From an uncultured Gammaproteobacteria bacterium (GTDB lineage: Bacteria > Patescibacteriota > Patescibacteriia > Magasanikbacterales > GWA2-37-8), in the NCBI GenBank assembly GCA_964496095.1, contig CAZBWU010000003.1:1901-65900 (forward strand): a DNA stretch of 64,000 bases. Direction: 5' to 3'. Positions 58,161 through 64,000 of this stretch are shown in pieces. Each line of letters starts with the position of its first letter. Position 1 is the stretch's first letter. The position numbers were made by a program, and so were the translations under genes. The notes beneath the pieces are model-generated. The model searched no databases. It saw nothing but the letters and a program-made list of their open reading frames with translations, and was not told the DNA's origin.

Positions 58161-61100
58161 CTATCTTCCGCCAAGTATTTGTTGAGCAATCTTTTCACGC
58201 TGGCCAGCTTGACCATTAATCATAGCTATTGCTTCATTGTGCGTATATCTAATTACTTCACCTGTTTTAGAATTATTTTCAATAAGTTCGTCCTTATCGA
58301 CTGTAAATGTGCTACCCTCAGAAATAAACAAACGCTCGTTACCATTATCCATTAATCGAAATCCATTACTGCCGTTAGCCAACATGTCGGCCTTACTATC
58401 ATTAGACTCCTTGATTAAATCTATGATAGACATTTTAATTCCTCCAAATTTATCAGATGCTCCCCCTTTATAGGTGGCAATTGCCTTTTGTATATAATTA
58501 TAATTTTGTCGATCGGTAGCATCTAGGGCGGTACCGGCAACAATCTTATTTTCTATGCTTTCCATTGGACCTACCAAATGAGACGTCACCATATCTTCTA
58601 ATACCCTAATACTTCCTGGATCTACCTGAAAAAAATGACTCTCAGCGACCAAAGAAACATCCTTTAAAATTGTTTCTAAATCGTTTCCAATTTTTGGAAG
58701 CTCCTCTACAATTTCTACTATTTTTATTTCTTGTTCATGAGGTGTTGTATCAGGTGTGACTACTGCTGACTTCGCACCAGCTCCTGTATCAGGAGTAGTT
58801 CCACCACCCGAGGTCTGTTTATCAAAATCAACTCCAAAATCTTTAGCAATACCCTTAGCAAACTCTCCTGCTTGTGTGCCAGCCTTACCAAGACTATCAG
58901 CGGTATTCTTGACGGCATTCGTTAATGCCTGTTTATCTTGTTCTGTAGGCGGCACAGCTGCCATGGTTTCGCCAGCGTTTCCACTGCTCGTAGGCAAAGC
59001 TTCTACTACCTGACCACTTGGCCTAAATGTTTCTAGGGTTTTAACCTTAATTGTCCTTTGTTCGCCAAGCAAGCCCTCTCCAATAGGCACTGGATGACGG
59101 TGACCTTTGGAATCAAGCACGCCCTGAGCTCGGTTTAACACCTCAACATGCTCGGCTCCGGCTTGAGCAAATTTTATTTTATCGCCTTCTATCTCTGCCA
59201 ACACGGCTCGCTCATCAGCAGTCATCTCGGATGCCGGAACATTATTTTCGGTGTGTTCTCTATATGGATGATCACCTTGCATCTCATTTATTTTGCTGGC
59301 ATTATTCCACATTTGTTTATCAGGATTTTTATCAATAGCTATCTTGCGTCCACCCACAACTCGCATTTGATCCTTGGTAACATAGCCATCTTTACCCTCT
59401 ACAGCACTAAGAATTGGCTTACCTTTTTCATCTACACCAAAACTATAGATATGCCCATGAATATGAAGATCTACCCCCTTACCAGTAAGTCTGGCGTTGG
59501 CAAAATCTTGATTTTCTTCTCCTTGCATAGATCTCCACAACCCCTCTACCATCTTATGATCGGAACCATCTGTCTCTTTATATTTTGCTGCAAACGCTTT
59601 CCAATCAACTTTAGCGCTGGTCTTACCTTTACCTACCCAATCTTCAATGTATTTGAGTTGCGGACGACTAAATTTGAGGCTCTCTAAATATTTTGCCGCT
59701 CTTTCCGGACCGCCTTTGTCTAAAATTTCTTCAAAAATTACTTGCTGGCGTTCGGCTCCCACTTCTACCTCGGTATTTATTTCATATTTAATAAAACCGT
59801 GATGAGAATGCACACCGCTTCCACCTTCACTAGCTGACAATATACGTTGCAAAGATTCCGAATTGTTCAATTCTGGGAAACCTTTTTCACCGGTGACTAA
59901 TTTTTCTAAATGGGGATAAAAATCTTTATCTAATTTATTGTCGACGCCAAATTCTCGCACCGCTGATCCTGGTGTACGAACTTCAGCTATAGGTTGATCT
60001 GCTTCGACCGCAGTTCCTGGTTTATGCGAATCTCCTCCTGGTTGAGGCGCTGCTGGAATTGGAACTGGTATTGGTTCCGGGTGCGCTTGAGCAACCGCAT
60101 CATTCATCGCTCTTTTTAATATACCGTGGTCTGTTTGGCCCCCACCAGTTATCTTATCTTTTATGCTTTCAAGAGTTTCAATCGGATTAGCCACTGCATG
60201 TACGACACGCCCATAACTTTCCAAAGCCCGGCTAGCATTATGGATAGGTTCCTCCCAAATTTTTAAAACTTGACCGCTTTCAACACGATCAATAATCGCA
60301 TCTATTTGCTCTCCAGGTGAAGCGTGTGATGAAAGAAGGGAGCCGTAGATACCAACCGCGCGAGCGATAGTGCCCAAGGCTTTGACAAAATCCATAGCCT
60401 TACCAGTTCCACTCGTACCTTTCTTTGCTCCTTGCCCAGCCAAAGAACGCACTGTTTCCCAAGCAGCCCTTACCGTTACATCTTTGGCCACAAAACCAAA
60501 CTCCGATTCACCGTTAATGCTACCAGCATTCTTATACGTGTGTTCTCTACGTGCTTTTTGGACTCTTTCTGCTACAGAACCAACCGCATAGCCAATACCA
60601 CGCGCAAACAAACCGCCGCCAAGTGTCAGGAGCGTGTTGAGGCCATCTTTGGCAATTTGCGCCCCAGAAACTTTGGCGTGAATATACGATTCTAATAGAC
60701 GCCTGACTTCCGCATCTCTCTCTTCTCTGGCTTCATCCGTGTCTTCTTGGTGTTTGATCGAAATTGCCCATATTCTTTCTGTGATCTGCTGTTTAGCTTC
60801 TGGGCTAATTTTTTTGGTATCATTAATTATTGATTTTAAATCTTCCAAACGAACTCCCACTCCTTCATCCAAAGCCGAGGGCTCTCCTTTTTTTGTTCTT
60901 TCTGAAGATTGGAGTAATTTTTGATATGCATCAAAAATTGATTCCACAAATACCTTAGATTCTTTAGTGCCTTTTCTCCACTCGGCTATATCTCCCTTAC
61001 CAAAAGCTGCAAGGCCTAAATCAGTGATAGTCTTTATACCTAAGACTGAAGTTATTGTATTATAAGCAACTTTTCTGGAAAATTTACGTGTTTCTTTATC

Positions 61101-63989
61101 TTTAAAGGCATCCTTAAAACGCTCCCACCGACTCTTGTCTGGTGGAGGAGGAACTACTGTATCGGCTGGTTTTTTCTTGCCAAAACCTAACAATCCACCA
61201 ATGCGGGATATGATGCCTTTTTTTTCTGGAACAGCAACTATAGAGCCGTCTAAGAATTCAGATTCTGGGGACAATCCTTGTAATGCATCTTGAAATTGTT
61301 GATAGACATCTTTATTTGGATCATTTTTTACTAATTCTATAAATTCTGCAAGTTTAATTTTTACATTGTCTGTAGCAGCTAAGAATGCTTTAGACTCTTC
61401 TTCTGATGTGACTGGTAAATTACGTGCGTCATCAATAATACTAACTAGAGCGTCATAAGAGCCAAGATATTTATTTACTAGTTTAACATTCTTTTTATCC
61501 TTATATAAATTATTAAAAACTTCAGCTAATTTTGTAAGGTCTCTTTCATAGTTAATCAAACGTTCCTCTGCCATAGTTTCTGGTGAAGGTAAATCATTGA
61601 AATCTTCATACAAAGATGTGACACCACCTTCTATTTCCGTAATTAGAGGTTCCAACTCATTCTTACCATCAACTGCTTCGGCTGAAGTAATTTTAACTTC
61701 AATTTCATTAATTTTTTTTTCTATAGCTTCTGTACCAACTTTTTGGGGTAAATAATAATCTCTTAATCTTTGCAGATTTTTTTTAGTATTAGCAAGGGAT
61801 CTTGTTTGAATTTCCGTTTTTCGTTCTGGCAGAGCGCGGATATCTGCCGATAATTGACCAGAAAGAATTGTTTCTATCTGAGAAACCAAACCTTTCAATT
61901 TGCCATAATCTGTACACGTCTCTGCTTCTGTTATTTTACTCTCTAGATCTGCCATTGTAGCATCTATGGCCAGTGTCGAGATTCTTTTCTCTAATCGAGA
62001 CTCCAGGAGTGTAAAATAATTCTTATGACCAATCAAACTAGCTTCCAAATCCAAAGCTTCTATATCTTTTAATATCTCCTCAAGGAGATTATCTAATTCA
62101 GCATTTGGAGTTGAATTTATCAGTTCAATCTTATCATGAATAGGTGGCAACTTTGGTTCTAAGACAGTGAGCCTATTATCAGCGGCAAGACGGCTTCTTA
62201 AATCTCTAAATCTATTTGGAATGATTCTATCTATCCTAAATCTCTGCGCATCGGTAAGCAAAGACAGGTCAGGTCCAAGTGGCGGAAGGACATCCGTTCC
62301 AGCCCGAGGAAGTGGATCAAAATCCGGAAACTCTACATCTGGCTCTGATGAGCCAGCAGGTGGAAGCGCATTAAAATCTTCGTATAATTGCAAAATATCT
62401 CTATCTAGCACCAAAAGGAGAGGTTTTAATTCAGACTTATTAATAAAAGGTACTTTAGCCAAGGTCAAATTTGCCTCAATTTCATCAATTTGAGCTTTCA
62501 ATCTATCTGAATAGGCTTTTGTATGCAATCCATTTTTTACTATAGCTAAATTTTCTTTATACTCCCGTAATTTTTCTTCTTGCTCTGATGTCACAGATTC
62601 AACAGTATCCGAAGCACCAGTAGCTGCGTCAGGAGTTGGAACTGTTTTAGCAGGAAGCTTGCTTATATCTGCGCGCAGAGCATCAAGAATACCTTGTATG
62701 GTTTGAAGTATACCTTCCAAGGTGTTTTTATCGGTACATCTATTTGCCACTTCTAAATTCTTTTTCAACCGTATAAGCCCTGATTCAAGCCTAATCATCT
62801 CCTCATCTTCCCCATCTCTTTTATCTAGCATACCTCCGAGTAACACAAGCTGATCTCGACAATGTCGCAATTTTACTTTTTGCTGATCAGAAATAGGCTC
62901 GGTAGGTGGAGCTACATCCCCTTTAGCCGGAAGTGCCTCTATTTCCGCGACTAAATTACCAAGGCCTGTTTTTATACCATCAAGCGCAACAGCCATATCG
63001 GCACGCGTACGAATATGGCTCAATCTGGTATTCCCTATTTTGACATCAACTTCATCAAGCTTATCCTCCATACCTGGAGTACCTTGTTTTTGCATCAAAA
63101 GATCTTTTAACCTTTGAAGTTCCGTCCTATACCCTTGACGCACATTTATCTGTTCATTAGTAATAAACTCTTGAGAGGCCGGATTTCCAGCTACTCTACT
63201 CTCAAATTCCTGTTTTACTTGAGGCAGTAACTTATTTTCAATTTTCCCAAAATACTTGCCTACAGCTTCCATTTTTTTATCATAAACTTCAAGGTCATTT
63301 GTGCGCGCAGCCTGGTTTAAACATCTTTCTATATCAGTCACCCAGCCAGATATTTTGGATTTCTGTTTATCAGACATCATTTCATCACGAACCGTCACTA
63401 AAATACCTAGTTTACGCTCTGCTTTTTTTCGCTTTTCTATTCTATTCTCAGACTTCTCAGCATCGCTTTGACTTGGATTATCTGCACCATTCTCAGCCTT
63501 AGGTTCAGGCACTTTTTTCTTCGCCTTCAAAGCCTCCATTTCTGTATGAAATTGCTCCAATAAATCATCGACTTCTTTAGTTTTATTCTTGGAAAAATTC
63601 CATTTTTTATGATCAAACGCACTCTTCTCTGTTAAAAACGCCTTAATAAGTTCTTTTACCTTTTCTGTTAAACCAACCATCTCGGCACTATCTTTACCAA
63701 ATTTTTTTTCCATTTCTGCAATCTCTGGTCCAAGAGTTTTAAGATCTTCATCGTGTTTTTTTAATTTTTGACTATAGATTTTTTCTGGATCTAGCAATAC
63801 TTCTTTTTTAACGGCCAATGTTCGAAGTCCAACTTCAATATGTCCTAAAAGATTTTCAACAGTGGCCTTATTTTTACTAGCATAGTCAGACGACTTAAGG
63901 CTCTCTTCTAAACTCTTACATCGACGCAACAGTTCTTTTATCTTAGTTCTACTTTCAGGCAACGCGGCAGTCCCTGATAAATCTTCCAA
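58161..63989 (-). CDS. giant protein (>1,942 aa; N-terminus probably beyond the window end), largely alpha-helical/coiled-coil with a Gly/Thr-rich linker
   Basis: Single uninterrupted minus-strand frame with host-like AT-rich codon usage. The only large ORF on either strand here. I could assign no catalytic motif with confidence (GVDLHIHGHIYSFG and HSHHG noted). Confidence 0.7.
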   Translation of the reverse strand: MEDLSGTAALPESRTKIKELLRRCKSLEESLKSSDYASKNKATVENLLGHIEVGLRTLAVKKEVLLDPEKIYSQKLKKHDEDLKTLGPEIAEMEKKFGKDSAEMVGLTEKVKELIKAFLTEKSAFDHKKWNFSKNKTKEVDDLLEQFHTEMEALKAKKKVPEPKAENGADNPSQSDAEKSENRIEKRKKAERKLGILVTVRDEMMSDKQKSKISGWVTDIERCLNQAARTNDLEVYDKKMEAVGKYFGKIENKLLPQVKQEFESRVAGNPASQEFITNEQINVRQGYRTELQRLKDLLMQKQGTPGMEDKLDEVDVKIGNTRLSHIRTRADMAVALDGIKTGLGNLVAEIEALPAKGDVAPPTEPISDQQKVKLRHCRDQLVLLGGMLDKRDGEDEEMIRLESGLIRLKKNLEVANRCTDKNTLEGILQTIQGILDALRADISKLPAKTVPTPDAATGASDTVESVTSEQEEKLREYKENLAIVKNGLHTKAYSDRLKAQIDEIEANLTLAKVPFINKSELKPLLLVLDRDILQLYEDFNALPPAGSSEPDVEFPDFDPLPRAGTDVLPPLGPDLSLLTDAQRFRIDRIIPNRFRDLRSRLAADNRLTVLEPKLPPIHDKIELINSTPNAELDNLLEEILKDIEALDLEASLIGHKNYFTLLESRLEKRISTLAIDATMADLESKITEAETCTDYGKLKGLVSQIETILSGQLSADIRALPERKTEIQTRSLANTKKNLQRLRDYYLPQKVGTEAIEKKINEIEVKITSAEAVDGKNELEPLITEIEGGVTSLYEDFNDLPSPETMAEERLINYERDLTKLAEVFNNLYKDKKNVKLVNKYLGSYDALVSIIDDARNLPVTSEEESKAFLAATDNVKIKLAEFIELVKNDPNKDVYQQFQDALQGLSPESEFLDGSIVAVPEKKGIISRIGGLLGFGKKKPADTVVPPPPDKSRWERFKDAFKDKETRKFSRKVAYNTITSVLGIKTITDLGLAAFGKGDIAEWRKGTKESKVFVESIFDAYQKLLQSSERTKKGEPSALDEGVGVRLEDLKSIINDTKKISPEAKQQITERIWAISIKHQEDTDEAREERDAEVRRLLESYIHAKVSGAQIAKDGLNTLLTLGGGLFARGIGYAVGSVAERVQKARREHTYKNAGSINGESEFGFVAKDVTVRAAWETVRSLAGQGAKKGTSGTGKAMDFVKALGTIARAVGIYGSLLSSHASPGEQIDAIIDRVESGQVLKIWEEPIHNASRALESYGRVVHAVANPIETLESIKDKITGGGQTDHGILKRAMNDAVAQAHPEPIPVPIPAAPQPGGDSHKPGTAVEADQPIAEVRTPGSAVREFGVDNKLDKDFYPHLEKLVTGEKGFPELNNSESLQRILSASEGGSGVHSHHGFIKYEINTEVEVGAERQQVIFEEILDKGGPERAAKYLESLKFSRPQLKYIEDWVGKGKTSAKVDWKAFAAKYKETDGSDHKMVEGLWRSMQGEENQDFANARLTGKGVDLHIHGHIYSFGVDEKGKPILSAVEGKDGYVTKDQMRVVGGRKIAIDKNPDKQMWNNASKINEMQGDHPYREHTENNVPASEMTADERAVLAEIEGDKIKFAQAGAEHVEVLNRAQGVLDSKGHRHPVPIGEGLLGEQRTIKVKTLETFRPSGQVVEALPTSSGNAGETMAAVPPTEQDKQALTNAVKNTADSLGKAGTQAGEFAKGIAKDFGVDFDKQTSGGGTTPDTGAGAKSAVVTPDTTPHEQEIKIVEIVEELPKIGNDLETILKDVSLVAESHFFQVDPGSIRVLEDMVTSHLVGPMESIENKIVAGTALDATDRQNYNYIQKAIATYKGGASDKFGGIKMSIIDLIKESNDSKADMLANGSNGFRLMDNGNERLFISEGSTFTVDKDELIENNSKTGEVIRYTHNEAIAMINGQAGQREKIAQQILGGR

Positions 63990-64000
63990 TTGTTTTTTCG

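Overview
The window has a low-GC (~35%), tightly packed, mostly minus-strand gene backbone typical of a small-genome bacterium and resembling CPR/Patescibacteria. Recognisable genes include ftsQ, alr, serS, lysS, greA, pbp2-mreDCB, a UvrD-like helicase-nuclease, an ABC exporter, a complete F-type ATP synthase operon (atpI-B-E-F-H-A-orfX-G-D-C), tatD, metG, rsmI, a cysteine desulfurase with a 2Fe-2S ferredoxin, tkt, hpf, murB, mraY and a MurC/Mpl-like ligase. I found no rRNA, tRNA or CRISPR array.

Three things stand out.

1. A ~4.6 kb high-GC (~65-70%) island at ~53.1-57.7 kb carries four minus-strand genes for secreted or lipoprotein Cys-rich proteins. Two of them contain Myxococcales-type Cys repeats of the form CGDGxxxxxExCDxGNxxxGDGCSxxC. 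Each gene sits behind an AT-rich upstream module. Two of those modules are ~370-bp near-100% identical direct repeats. Each is followed by a conserved 5' leader with a hairpin, a strong GGAGG-type Shine-Dalgarno and a conserved signal peptide (MFKFSKF...). This is a cassette-like array of variable secreted proteins that appears foreign to the host genome.

2. A family of at least 10 MITE-like palindromic elements is scattered through the backbone. Their termini follow TGTCATYCYGARCG...CGYTCRGRATGACA. At least four copies lie in-frame inside intact CDSs (tkt, an LtaS-like sulfatase, an ATP-grasp ligase and a hypothetical protein), which is analogous to Rickettsia palindromic elements. Two more copies distort start-codon calls (atpF and the O-antigen-ligase-like gene).

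3. Smaller oddities:
- an extra acidic ORF wedged between atpA and atpG
- an unannotated 45-aa ORF with 11 Cys after atpC
- a ~600-bp GC-rich patch with a GGAGG-led mini-gene between the atp operon and tatD
- a >1,942-aa protein running off the window end
- a 3'-tail duplication remnant of the sulfatase gene
- an unusual cell-wall gene neighbourhood
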